A stretch of DNA of 64,000 nucleotides, from assembly GCA_021788105.1 (NCBI GenBank), contig JAJYKZ010000002.1:3320-67319 (forward strand), read 5' to 3'. The position numbers and the translations under genes are program-made. Positions 8,764 through 18,306 of the stretch are shown here, one piece after another. Each line of letters opens with the position of its first letter. The first letter of the stretch is position 1. This DNA is from a bacterium (GTDB lineage: Bacteria > Patescibacteriota > Minisyncoccia > Moranbacterales > UBA2206). The notes below the pieces were generated by a model, which did no database searches, had not been told where the DNA came from, and worked only from the letters and a program-made list of their open reading frames with translations.

Positions 8764-9708
8764 ATGGATAAAAATAATCGACAAACCTTCAAGACGGAAT
8801 TCAGGGCAATGGGAACAACCGTATCGGCAGACATAGTTTTAGAAAAAACGAAAGAGGATTCGGCGCGGAAAGCGTTCCGGGAAATCCGGACAATTTTTGA
8901 GAAAAACGAAAAAATCTTCAGCCGGTTCCGGCCGGACAGCGAACTTTCAAAAATCAATCAGAATCTTGGAAAAGAAATCCGGGTTTCTCCGGAGATGCTG
9001 GAAGTTTTGGAATTATGCCTTAAGTTTAACAAAATTTCCGAAGGCTATTTTGATCCGCGGGTAATTGAAAATCTGGAGCGCATCGGTTATGACAAAGATT
9101 TTAAAAGCCATGATTTTAACGATCGGAGCGGAAAAGAAATTTTTTTGGAAAAAATTGAAGGCGGTCTGGAAGATGATTTGATCATAGACGCAAGAATGCG
9201 GGCAGTCACAATCAAAAAAAGAATCGATACGACAGGCATCGCCAAGGGCTATACGGTGGACGAAGCGGCAAACTATCTTTCAGAAAAAGGATTTCAGAAT
9301 TTTATCGTGGATGCCGGAGGCGATATGCTTGCGCAAGGCGTTAATGATGAGGGTGAAGACTGGCGGATCGGGATCGAGGGATTGGAAGATGATCGGCTGA
9401 TGTTGAAACTGAAGAATGAAGGCATTGCCACTTCGGGAATCAGTCGGAAGCGCTGGACGATCGGAGGCAGAAAATTTCATCATTTGGTCAATCCCAAAGA
9501 TCCGGAAAATTTTTCCTACGAAATAAAAACTGTGACGGTGATCGCGGAAAAAACCGTTGAGGCGGACGGGCGCGCCAAAGTTCTGGTGCTTATGGGAAAA
9601 GAAAAAGGATTGGAATTTGCTGACCGCCATGACTTGAAAGCCTTGTTCTTGGATTACAAGGGAAACATTTATCTTTCACGAAGAATGAAAGAAAATATTT
9701 TAAGTTAA
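8764..9708 (+). CDS. apbE: FAD:protein FMN transferase (ApbE family)
   Basis: FRAMGT ... FRPDSELS ... TTGIAKGYTVD ... VDAGGD are ApbE signatures. No signal peptide or lipobox is apparent. Confidence 0.75.
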   Translation: MDKNNRQTFKTEFRAMGTTVSADIVLEKTKEDSARKAFREIRTIFEKNEKIFSRFRPDSELSKINQNLGKEIRVSPEMLEVLELCLKFNKISEGYFDPRVIENLERIGYDKDFKSHDFNDRSGKEIFLEKIEGGLEDDLIIDARMRAVTIKKRIDTTGIAKGYTVDEAANYLSEKGFQNFIVDAGGDMLAQGVNDEGEDWRIGIEGLEDDRLMLKLKNEGIATSGISRKRWTIGGRKFHHLVNPKDPENFSYEIKTVTVIAEKTVEADGRAKVLVLMGKEKGLEFADRHDLKALFLDYKGNIYLSRRMKENILS

Positions 9709-9738
9709 TTTTTAGCTTACTCGGAATGTATTAGGAGT

Positions 9739-10206
9739 ATGTCGACAGATACTCCTTTTAATTTTTTAAATTTCATCGGGTTGTTTTTGCTTCTGGCCGG
9801 TTTTGTTGTCGGTCTGGGATCCGTTACGGTTATTGAATTCCACGGCCTCTTGGGCCGACGGTCTTCATATTGGACCGAAGCAACTATCCGCGCGCACAAA
9901 GTGACGAAGCCGCTCATCTGGGCGGGCGTTTTTCTGGCGATCGTTGGCGGTCTGATTTTTTATCGCCACGCGAATTTTGTCGGCATTCCGCTTGCGCATG
10001 CCTTGATTGCAATTATTCTTATTGCCAACGGTTATTATCTTTCTTTCAAAGTCAGTCCATTTTTGCTGGAACGGGAAAAGGAGGGCTGCGCCGGAGAAAC
10101 TCTGCCGGGCTTGTTGCAGAAAAAAATAACCCTGAGCTTTATCGTGTCTGATTTGGGCTGGTGGGGCGCGCTGGCCTTGCTGGTCATTTATTTGTTGCGC
10201 CATTGA
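9739..10206 (+). CDS. Hypothetical 4-TM membrane protein
   Basis: Hydrophobicity pattern only. Confidence 0.4.
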   Translation: MSTDTPFNFLNFIGLFLLLAGFVVGLGSVTVIEFHGLLGRRSSYWTEATIRAHKVTKPLIWAGVFLAIVGGLIFYRHANFVGIPLAHALIAIILIANGYYLSFKVSPFLLEREKEGCAGETLPGLLQKKITLSFIVSDLGWWGALALLVIYLLRH

Positions 10207-10343
10207 GTTTTAAAAGATAATTCGGTTGTAGTAATAACAAGAGATATTTTAGAAATTAAATTAAAGAAATAAAGAAAGCGGGGTTTTGTAATAAAAATTA
10301 CGTTGTTAATAAATTAAAAATCAATCAAGAAGGAGGTGATTTT

Positions 10344-10721
10344 ATGGCTGATAGAACTCAATCTACAACTGCCAGCATTATAAACATCATATTGGGCGTA
10401 TGGCTGATTATTTCTCCGCTGGTTATAATTTTTCCCAATTCGGGACAAGCCACCAATGCGGTGATTGTGGGTATAATCGTTGCGGTTTTGTCCTTAATAC
10501 GGGCATTCACCCCGGAAACAACCGCGGGACTTAATTGGATTAATATTGTTTTGGGTGCGTGGCTTATAATTTCCCCTTTCTTGTTCGGAAGCAACATCAG
10601 TGTTCTTTGGAGCGACATCGTGTCGGGCATTCTCGTAATAGTTTTCAGCGGCTGGAGCGGATCGGCGGCGATGGTGCATGCCGGACATAAAGAGGACAAG
10701 GATAAAGAAGATAGAAAATAA
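10344..10721 (+). CDS. SPW-repeat membrane protein
   Basis: Two copies of LG(V/A)WLIISP(L/F) are present. A strong RBS (aaggaggtg) lies 8 nt upstream. Confidence 0.7.
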   Translation: MADRTQSTTASIINIILGVWLIISPLVIIFPNSGQATNAVIVGIIVAVLSLIRAFTPETTAGLNWINIVLGAWLIISPFLFGSNISVLWSDIVSGILVIVFSGWSGSAAMVHAGHKEDKDKEDRK

Positions 10722-10740
10722 TGAATTTAGAGAAACAAAA

Positions 10741-10770
10741 AGCCGGGCAGGAGGAACCCGGCCTTTTGTT
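10741..10770 (+). terminator. Rho-independent terminator (gccggg-caggaggaa-cccggc + TTTTGTT)
   Basis: GC-rich hairpin plus T-run seen directly. Confidence 0.65.
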
Positions 10771-10854
10771 GAAAAAAAACTTAAATATTTTTATTCCGCA
10801 AAAATTTTCAAAGTGATATAATAGAAATAATTAATAATTAAAATAATAAAAATT

Positions 10855-11253
10855 ATGAAGGGTTATGTGGCAAATATTGAAAAAGCGGCCGAAGAAAATG
10901 GCAATTTTCGCAAAGTTCTCTACACGGGAAAAAACAGCCAGCTGGTTCTGATGAGTCTTTTGCCAGAAGAGGAAATCGGCGAAGAGGTGCATGCGCTTGA
11001 CCAATTCATCCGCATCGAAAAAGGGATGGGCAAAGCAAGTCTGAACGGCGTAGAGCATGAGATTGCGGATGGCTTTGCCGTTGTCATTCCGGCCGGAACC
11101 AGGCACAACATCATTAATACTTCCGGCGACGAACCAATGAAACTTTATACGATTTATTCTCCGCCGGAACATCGCGATGGCGTGACGCACGCCACAAAAA
11201 ATGACGCGATGACGGACAAAACCGACGAGTTTGACGGCAAGACGACTGAATAA
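10855..11253 (+). CDS. Cupin-domain protein
   Basis: EEVHALDQFIRIEKG ... VVIPAGTRHNIINTSGDEP is a cupin motif pattern. Confidence 0.6.
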   Translation: MKGYVANIEKAAEENGNFRKVLYTGKNSQLVLMSLLPEEEIGEEVHALDQFIRIEKGMGKASLNGVEHEIADGFAVVIPAGTRHNIINTSGDEPMKLYTIYSPPEHRDGVTHATKNDAMTDKTDEFDGKTTE

Positions 11254-11299
11254 AAGAGTCTTTGCTTTTTTGTCCGGCATATGGGAAAATAGATAAATT

Positions 11300-12496
11300 A
11301 TGTCCAGAAAAATTATTTTTATCGCTCTATTTTCTTTTATTTTGGCGCTTTTTGCGGCCGGCGTGATTTTTTATTCCGCAAGTAAAAATAATCCTGATCT
11401 TTCTTCGGAGAAAAAAAGTTCCACAGTATCCGATACTAAAAAAATAAATTCGCCTTCTTTGAATAGCGCGCCTTTTTTTGTGTCCGGCTGGATCCCGTAT
11501 TGGCGGAAAAGCGAAGGCGCGGATTCACTGAGTAACAATCTGAATCTTTTCAGCGAGCTCAATCCTTTCGCTTTCGGAGTTTCTTCTGATGGTGATCTCA
11601 TCGATACGGCAAAAATAAATTCGGCGCCCTGGCCGAAACTTTTTCGGGAAGCTAGAACGGAAAATGTGCGCATCGTACCGACGATCTTGTGGACCGATGC
11701 TTCCGCAATGCACGAAGTTTTTGCCAGCCCGGCATTACTAAATAAGCATGTCGATGCGATTGCCGGCATGCTTCAAGAAAATAATTTTTCGGGAGCAGAC
11801 ATTGATTATGAAGGAAAAAATATTTCTGATCGCGATAATTTTTCTCTGTTTCTCAAAGATCTCCACCAAAAATTACAACCTCTCGGCAAAAGTTTGAATT
11901 GCACGGTAGAAGCGCGTACCGATGATTTGCCGCCGGCCGGATGGACCGGCACGCGGGCGATGAGCTGGGCCAACGATTATCCGGCGCTCAATGAGTATTG
12001 TGACAGCGTGCGAATCATGGCTTACGACGAAGTTTTTCAAGTCTATCGGTCGCAGACATTTGAGAACGCGGCATCAAGTCCAACCGCGTCCAACGCGGAC
12101 AATCGATGGGTGGAACAAGTGATGCAATACGCGCTTCGCTATATTTCTCCGCAAAAATTGATCTTGGGAATCCCGACTTACGGCTGGGAATTTCGAGTTG
12201 TGAAAAATGCCGGCGGTTTTCGCTATACTAATATCGGCAGCATTAGCTATTCGGCGGCAATGGCCGAAGCGACGTCTGAAAAAGTCATTCCAAAAAGAAC
12301 GGACGGCGGAGAACTTTCTTTTGCGTATCAAACAAACGATGGCGAGCATTTGGTAACTTTTGAAGACGCGGAATCTATTCGGCAAAAAATTTCTATTGCG
12401 CAGAAACTGCGCCTTGGAGGAATAAGTTTGTTCAAGATCGACGGTTCGACTGATCCGCAATTTTTTTCCGCGCTAACCGGATTGGTTTCAAATTAG
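11300..12496 (+). CDS. Glycoside hydrolase family 18-like protein (chitinase-like), N-terminally membrane-anchored
   Basis: SGADIDYEG matches the GH18 DxxDxDxE catalytic motif. N-terminal TM helix. Confidence 0.55.
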   Translation: MSRKIIFIALFSFILALFAAGVIFYSASKNNPDLSSEKKSSTVSDTKKINSPSLNSAPFFVSGWIPYWRKSEGADSLSNNLNLFSELNPFAFGVSSDGDLIDTAKINSAPWPKLFREARTENVRIVPTILWTDASAMHEVFASPALLNKHVDAIAGMLQENNFSGADIDYEGKNISDRDNFSLFLKDLHQKLQPLGKSLNCTVEARTDDLPPAGWTGTRAMSWANDYPALNEYCDSVRIMAYDEVFQVYRSQTFENAASSPTASNADNRWVEQVMQYALRYISPQKLILGIPTYGWEFRVVKNAGGFRYTNIGSISYSAAMAEATSEKVIPKRTDGGELSFAYQTNDGEHLVTFEDAESIRQKISIAQKLRLGGISLFKIDGSTDPQFFSALTGLVSN

Positions 12497-12500
12497 GTCA

Positions 12501-12737
12501 GAAACTTTTAACTCGGTCGGTCGTTTTATTATAAAGCCAGAATGCCAAGAAATAGGAAATCAGGGTGGCGGGAATTCCGATGTAAATCCAGGCCGAGCCG
12601 AACATGGCGGAAATATTATTCAAAAAATGGAGGCCGACTGCGATAAGATAAAACGCACGCTGATAACCATTCCGGAAAACAGAAAAAACAAGTTTTCTTT
12701 CCAGTCCGGTCTGTGGAGCGTCGGATTTTCCATCATT
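12501..12737 (-). pseudogene. Possible C-terminal remnant of a CPBP (CAAX protease) family membrane protein
   Basis: The minus-strand translation ...GLHFLNNISAMFGSAWIYIGIPATLISYFLAFW contains an HxxxN motif (CPBP motif 3). There is no plausible N-terminus, and the upstream ORF 12620..12808 is in a different frame. Confidence 0.25.
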
Positions 12738-12866
12738 TTATATTCTTTAAGCTGCGTGAAAGATAATACAAGCGAAGGCAGCTTTACTTCAAAATCAATG
12801 CCGGCCATATTTCAATATTTGTCCGGTTTTTTTGTATTAAAATATTAAACCAATCGTATAAATGTT

Positions 12867-13976
12867 ATGACAAAGAAACATTTGCAGTTGGATCTGAAGT
12901 TTTCTGCCATAGACCACAGCGCCGATTATGCCGCCTTGAGCGGCGCGAAAAGGCTGCGCAGGCTTTATTCGGACTTGCGCCAAGAAGGGATTAAGTCGGT
13001 TCATTACGACTGGCATTGGAAAAGGATTGAGCCGGAACCGGGAAATTACAATCGCGTCCAGCTTGCGCGCTATAAAATGGCAAAGGATCAGATGAAAAAA
13101 GCGGGCTTGGAACCGCCAGCCATTATCCTTTCCAATCCGCCGCGCTGGGCAGTCAGACTTTATAAAAAAGACAAAGAAAAATTTTTTACGGCCTATAAAA
13201 AATATATCGAGGAAGTGCGAAAATATTTGGAAACCGATTTTGATTTCAAGATTGAAAAAATCCAAATTCTGAATGAATTGAATAATTTTGTTTACAACCC
13301 GATTGCCGCCGAAGACCTGCCCAAGCTTTGCCGCATAACCAGAAAAGTTTTTTTTGAATATAATCCCGACATTAAGCTTGCGGCATCGATGCTTGTCGGA
13401 AATTTGACGCCGGCTTTCCGGCTGGGCATCCGGATTGACAGCTATCTTAAAAAATTTGAAAAAATAAAAGACAACTTCGATATCATCAGCCTTAATTATT
13501 TTCCCGGTCTTTGGTATTGGCCGATCCGGGAAGCCGGATGGAAATATAAAAGCTGGTTTGGCCAGCTCGGGAAACTTCAGGAAGTTTTCAGAATAGTTTC
13601 TGGCTGGGGCTTCGACTATGAATTGGGCGAAGTGGGATTTCCAACTAACGGTTTTTGGGGGAACGAGGAAAAGCAAGTAAGATTTTACGAATCTTTTTTT
13701 GACGCATTGCGTCCGATGCTGGAAGATCTGAAAAATAACGGAGCGCGTCTGCCGTGCGAAATATGTTTTTTTGAAGCGTCCGATGAAGAGCCGGAAAATT
13801 GTTTCGGAAAAATTATCGGCAAAAATTTTTCTCCCGAATATAACTTCGGACTTTTCAGAAGCGATGGAAAAAGAAAATTGATTCTTCAGGAAACGCCAGA
13901 TCCGCCGGGCGAAAAAACAGTTTTGAAATCGAGACTGGGGAACATATTAAATCGATTTAAAAGCAAGGGCAATTAA
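12867..13976 (+). CDS. Putative clan GH-A (GH5-like) TIM-barrel glycoside hydrolase
   Basis: DWHWKRIEPEPGNYN (the W..IEP..G.Y pattern), ILNELN (acid/base NE) and ELGEVGFP (candidate nucleophile Glu). Confidence 0.45.
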   Translation: MTKKHLQLDLKFSAIDHSADYAALSGAKRLRRLYSDLRQEGIKSVHYDWHWKRIEPEPGNYNRVQLARYKMAKDQMKKAGLEPPAIILSNPPRWAVRLYKKDKEKFFTAYKKYIEEVRKYLETDFDFKIEKIQILNELNNFVYNPIAAEDLPKLCRITRKVFFEYNPDIKLAASMLVGNLTPAFRLGIRIDSYLKKFEKIKDNFDIISLNYFPGLWYWPIREAGWKYKSWFGQLGKLQEVFRIVSGWGFDYELGEVGFPTNGFWGNEEKQVRFYESFFDALRPMLEDLKNNGARLPCEICFFEASDEEPENCFGKIIGKNFSPEYNFGLFRSDGKRKLILQETPDPPGEKTVLKSRLGNILNRFKSKGN

Positions 13977-14033
13977 CTTGAATATTTCCAAATGCTTTCG
14001 TCATAACCGGAATTTTTTGACAGGTTTTTCAAA

Positions 14034-14062
14034 TTGACAAAAAGCAAAAAAACCCCTATTAT
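14034..14062 (+). promoter_or_regulatory. Sigma70-like promoter: TTGACA -17- TATTAT, upstream of rnpB
   Basis: Perfect -35 with a 17-nt spacer and a near-consensus -10, seen directly. Confidence 0.5.
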
Positions 14063-14104
14063 AAAGGTGTTGCTTTAACATTGAATTTAGGCTTTATCAA
14101 GGCA

Positions 14105-14403
14105 AATTAGGCAATCGCAGTCCCGCTCAGCGGGATTGAGGAAAGTCCGGACATTCAGTCTCGCTTGGCGGGACAAGGGTAGTGGGTAACGCCCATCCAG
14201 GGTAACTTGCGAGGTGCGAACAGAGACGCTGTGGCTGAGAAGACCACGGATCCCTTCGGGGATAGCTCCGGTGGAAACGCCGGAGGTGAAACGGCTAAAT
14301 CCTTACCTGAATGCAAGGCCGTGTCTAGCTCTCCCCTAGGAAGCGCTAGAAGTGCCGCTCGATCCTGCCAGTAATGACAGGACCAGATAAATGATTGCTT
14401 CAA
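14105..14403 (+). ncRNA. rnpB: RNase P RNA (bacterial type)
   Basis: It has the conserved GAGGAAAGTCCGGAC and GGGTAACGCC elements and an ACAGAGACGCTGTGGC hairpin. Local GC is markedly higher than surroundings. A P1 helix can be formed between aggcaatc (5') and gattgctt (3'). Confidence 0.8.
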
Positions 14404-14496
14404 TTTTGTTTATGAGCAATTCGCTCAGACAATTTTGGCACAAAATCCGGCTTATAGGTTTGCTTTGATAAATCCTGGATTCAATTTTCATAAATT

Positions 14497-15912
14497 ATGA
14501 AAAGATCCGAATTATTTTTTAGCGCAATTCAGGTTCCTGTTGATTTTGTTATGATAGTCTTGGCGGCTGTGACCGCTTTTTCGGTTAGAAATGTGCCGGA
14601 AATTCTTGCTTTGAAACCTATTTTGTACAAATTTCCCTTCAGCATTTACATCAAAGTCGTTTTGGCAGTCGTTCCGCTGTTTCTGATAATCTATGCGCTT
14701 GAAGGACTTTATGACATCCGGGTTACCAGAAAATTTTGGAAAGAATCTCTCAAAGTTTTCAATGCCACTTCGATCGGACTGGTGGTCATAATTGTCGCCA
14801 TCTTTTTGCAGCGCGAGTGGTTCTCTTCGCGTTTTATTATTTTAAGCGCCTGGGGCTTGGCAGTCATTTATGTTGTTGTGGCAAGATATTTTCTTCAATT
14901 GGTGCAAAAAGGATTGTTGCGCGGACGGGGAATCGGCGTGCATCGCGTATTGCTTATCGGAAGAAATGGCAAGATGGATACGGTTTCTAAATTGATCAGG
15001 CATAATAAAAATTTGGGATACCGGGTCGTTGATCAGATTGAAACAGCTCATCTCAAAGTGATTAAAGGCATAAAGCAGGAAATGGGAATCGATGAGATGA
15101 TTTTATGCGAGCCGTCCGTTACGGATGACGAGCAGGAAAAACTGGTCGATTATTGCGCCATCAATAACATTGTCTATAAATATATTCCGACAACTCTTCA
15201 AACTTCGCGTTTCGAAGTCGGAGTTTTAAACGGAGAACCCCTGATTGAAGTGAAAAGCACTCCTCTAGACGGTTGGGGCAGAATTTTGAAAAGAATTTTC
15301 GATGTTTTGGTTTCGATTGCCGGGATTATCATTACTTCGCCGGTCATGCTGGGCGCTGCTTTGGCCATTTGGCTGGAAGACGACGGCCCGATCATCTATA
15401 AAAACGAACGGGTGGGAAACGACGGAAAAAAATTTTTCGTCTATAAATTCCGCTATATGAAATGGCAGTATTGCGTAACGAAAGAAAATCCCAATTTGGG
15501 AGAGGCGCTTAAATTTGAAAAAGAACTGATTGAAAAGCAGAGCGTTCGAAGGGGTCCGCTATATAAAATTAAAAACGATCCGCGCAAAACGCTTGTCGGA
15601 AGTTTTATTGAGAAATATTCCATCGACGAACTGCCGCAATTTTTCAACGTGCTTTTCGGATCGATGAGCTTGGTCGGTCCCCGGCCGCACCAGAAAAGGG
15701 AAGTGGAAAAATATATGGATTATCACCGGCGGCTTCTGACGATTAAGCCGGGCGTGACGGGAATGGCGCAAGTTTCCGGGCGGTCTGAATTGGATTTCGA
15801 AGACGAATACAAGCTGGATCTTTATTATATCGAAAATTGGTCTCTTTGGCTGGATATTCAGATTTGTTTGAAAACAATCGGCGTTTTGTTTCGCAAAAGG
15901 CAAAACTCGTAA
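14497..15912 (+). CDS. Undecaprenyl-phosphate sugar phosphotransferase (WbaP/exopolysaccharide priming glycosyltransferase family)
   Basis: Multiple N-terminal TM helices. The C-terminal sugar-transferase domain has KRIFDVL, YKFRYM, IDELPQFFNVL, MSLVGPRP and GVTGMAQV. Confidence 0.85.
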   Translation: MKRSELFFSAIQVPVDFVMIVLAAVTAFSVRNVPEILALKPILYKFPFSIYIKVVLAVVPLFLIIYALEGLYDIRVTRKFWKESLKVFNATSIGLVVIIVAIFLQREWFSSRFIILSAWGLAVIYVVVARYFLQLVQKGLLRGRGIGVHRVLLIGRNGKMDTVSKLIRHNKNLGYRVVDQIETAHLKVIKGIKQEMGIDEMILCEPSVTDDEQEKLVDYCAINNIVYKYIPTTLQTSRFEVGVLNGEPLIEVKSTPLDGWGRILKRIFDVLVSIAGIIITSPVMLGAALAIWLEDDGPIIYKNERVGNDGKKFFVYKFRYMKWQYCVTKENPNLGEALKFEKELIEKQSVRRGPLYKIKNDPRKTLVGSFIEKYSIDELPQFFNVLFGSMSLVGPRPHQKREVEKYMDYHRRLLTIKPGVTGMAQVSGRSELDFEDEYKLDLYYIENWSLWLDIQICLKTIGVLFRKRQNS

Positions 15913-15948
15913 AAAATAAATATGTGAAAAGGTTAAATAATTTATTTT

Positions 15949-16965
15949 ATGAATACACAAGAAATTATCAAAAAAATTGAGCAAAAAAGAGGTTCCAAGG
16001 TCATAACCTATGTAACCAGTGACCGCCAAGGTCCGGTTAATGCTCGGGTAGCAATGGATATTATTCCGATTATTAGCTCACAGTTGCGAAAAATAGGAAA
16101 ACAGGAAAAAATCGACCTGGTTTTGTATAGCGCCGGTGGCGACACCATGGTGCCTTGGCGCTTGGTTTCAATGATTCGTGAATATTGTGATAAGTTTTCA
16201 GTGATCATTCCTTACAAAGCTCACAGTGCCGCAACCATGATTTCACTCGGTGCTGATGAAATTGTAATGAGTGATATGTCCGAGCTTTCACCAATTGATC
16301 CGTCGACCTCAAACTTTTTCAATCCAGTCGATCCGCAAAATCCGCAGAATAGGATTCCAATTTCCGTGGAAGAAGTAATGAGCTATTTTGATCTGGCAAA
16401 AAATAAGTTTGGCATTAAAAGTGACGAAGACTTGACCAAGATTTTTAATAAGTTTGTGGAAAGCAACCCATCGATCCATCCTTTGGCGTTGGGCAATATT
16501 AACCGCACGCACAACCTGATCAAGATTTTGGCCAAAAGATTGCTCAAGAGCCACAAGGAACCGATGAAGGAGGATGAAGTGGAAAAAGTGATTGAATTTC
16601 TAACGGAAAAATTATATTCGCATCAATACTACATCGGACGCAAAGAAGCCAAAGAAGATTTGGGAATCAAGTCTGTGGTTCTTGCCGACAAGGAGCTTTC
16701 TGATCTGATGACGGAAATTTATGAGGAATACGCTAAAGAAATGAATATGCGGACAATCTGGAATCCGGAAATGGAATTCGCCAAAGGCCAGAACCAAGAA
16801 TACAAGATTGCCTTCGTGGAAAACGCTGAAGGCGGCAGTCATTTCGGAATCAATATGGAATTTAAAAAAGTCCAGCAAAACATCCCGCAACAAACGCAAG
16901 TAGGAATAATTAATATTCCACAGGAACAGATTGTGTGGAGGATTATTGGTCAAGGATGGAAATAA
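15949..16965 (+). CDS. SDH-family ClpP/crotonase-fold serine protease (PF01972-like)
   Basis: VITYVTSDRQG, LVLYSAGGD and YKAHSAATMISLGADEIVMSDMSELSPIDP match, from memory, the serine dehydrogenase proteinase family. It is the first gene of a tightly spaced 7-gene operon. Confidence 0.6.
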   Translation: MNTQEIIKKIEQKRGSKVITYVTSDRQGPVNARVAMDIIPIISSQLRKIGKQEKIDLVLYSAGGDTMVPWRLVSMIREYCDKFSVIIPYKAHSAATMISLGADEIVMSDMSELSPIDPSTSNFFNPVDPQNPQNRIPISVEEVMSYFDLAKNKFGIKSDEDLTKIFNKFVESNPSIHPLALGNINRTHNLIKILAKRLLKSHKEPMKEDEVEKVIEFLTEKLYSHQYYIGRKEAKEDLGIKSVVLADKELSDLMTEIYEEYAKEMNMRTIWNPEMEFAKGQNQEYKIAFVENAEGGSHFGINMEFKKVQQNIPQQTQVGIINIPQEQIVWRIIGQGWK

Positions 16966-16969
16966 AAAT

Positions 16970-17659
16970 ATGGAATTTTTAGATACAAATACAAATTACT
17001 CAAATACAACTTATTACGCCGTTGATTCATCGGTTTATTTCTCTTTTCAAAGGGTAGATAAATTGGATTTGTTATTTTCTTTTTGTAAAGGAAATGCGGT
17101 CATAACTCCGAAAATCGAGGGAGAAATTTTTGGTCAAAGTATTTTTTCATATTCTTATGTCGGATTGTTTGAGCCATGGCTGCGAACTCCAAAAAAGAAC
17201 GATTCAACTTTGGTATGGGATAATTCGTATTTTAACAATATTACCTCAACCATATCTACTGATAAATATAGAAGTTCCTTTTATTTGGCTAATGTTGATT
17301 ATCATTCAATTACTTCAACGATAAATACTTCGTCTTGGCAATATGATTTTTCAAAACTTAAATCAGAGGCAGATAGAGAAATCGCCAGGTGGACAGTATT
17401 AAATTCCGGAAGTGTTTTATTGACCAATGATCAGCCAATCAGGACATTTTTCAAAAATTCTAAAATTAATGTTGTGGGAGCCATCGGCATTCTGATTGAG
17501 TTGGTTAAAAAGGGATTGCTAACGTTGCAAATAGCCGAGAGTATTTACAATAAATGGAGTGAAATTGATCCGGGATGTTGTAAATGGAAAAAAATAAACA
17601 AAGTTAGGCATCTTGTTGAATTTAATGAAATTTATCTAAGTTTTAATTTTCAAAAATAA
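16970..17659 (+). CDS. PIN-like domain protein (VapC-like) with N/S/T-rich insert
   Basis: EFLDTNT at the N-terminus, AVITPKIEGEIFG (PIN-like Glu region) and DREIARWTVLNSGSVLLTNDQPIRTF (PIN C-terminal TxD motif region). The start is 4 nt after the upstream stop. Confidence 0.45.
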   Translation: MEFLDTNTNYSNTTYYAVDSSVYFSFQRVDKLDLLFSFCKGNAVITPKIEGEIFGQSIFSYSYVGLFEPWLRTPKKNDSTLVWDNSYFNNITSTISTDKYRSSFYLANVDYHSITSTINTSSWQYDFSKLKSEADREIARWTVLNSGSVLLTNDQPIRTFFKNSKINVVGAIGILIELVKKGLLTLQIAESIYNKWSEIDPGCCKWKKINKVRHLVEFNEIYLSFNFQK

Positions 17660-17663
17660 ATTT

Positions 17664-18302
17664 ATGACAAAAGAAATTATACAAGTGCAGCTGGCGTGGT
17701 TTTTCGAAAGTGAATACAATGAAAGTTTCGAAAAAATATCATTTAAGCTGAAAGAGAAGATTGGCAATAGTGAGCAAACTCAATATATTCCAGTTCCAAA
17801 TGGCGCTCCCAGTGAATTGCCTAGACTCTTTCTGAAGTACAAAGATTTTAATTTAACTTTTTCAAAAACTCGTGCAGATATATATATATTAAAAAATCAC
17901 AAAGAAATATCAACTATTGAAAATATTAGAAAAATAACAGAGTTGATTATTGATGACTTGCATATAAAAGTTGTTCGAATAGGCTATGTGAAAAGTTTTT
18001 TTGTAGAAGAAACGCTCGAGTATGTAAAAAAAATGTTTAAAGAAGAAAAAATTGCAGGCTTAGATATAAAAGAAATTGGTTTTAATCTTAATGTTCCTAA
18101 GGAAATTGCAGGTATGAAATGTAATAATATAGAAAATTTAGCAATGGGAAACGCTACAAAAAATGGAGAAGTTAAAAACGGATTGATTATAAATCGTGAT
18201 GTTAATAACATTATCGGAGAAAAAAGTGATTTTGATAAAACTGATAAAGTAATTACCGCGATAATTGCATTTGATACAGAAGCGGATAATTTTCTAGTGT
18301 AA
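17664..18302 (+). CDS. Hypothetical protein (no recognisable domain)
   Basis: ORF in operon. 4-nt gaps both sides. Confidence 0.5.
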   Translation: MTKEIIQVQLAWFFESEYNESFEKISFKLKEKIGNSEQTQYIPVPNGAPSELPRLFLKYKDFNLTFSKTRADIYILKNHKEISTIENIRKITELIIDDLHIKVVRIGYVKSFFVEETLEYVKKMFKEEKIAGLDIKEIGFNLNVPKEIAGMKCNNIENLAMGNATKNGEVKNGLIINRDVNNIIGEKSDFDKTDKVITAIIAFDTEADNFLV

Positions 18303-18306
18303 TAAT

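Noticed and set aside
12837-13676. 279-aa minus-strand ORF overlapping the GH5-like gene
   Set aside because: Low-complexity F/K-rich translation with no motifs, whereas the plus-strand frame has coherent glycoside-hydrolase signatures. Shadow ORF.
14155-14403. 82-aa minus-strand ORF
   Set aside because: Lies entirely within the RNase P RNA gene. The GC-rich structured RNA explains the open frame.
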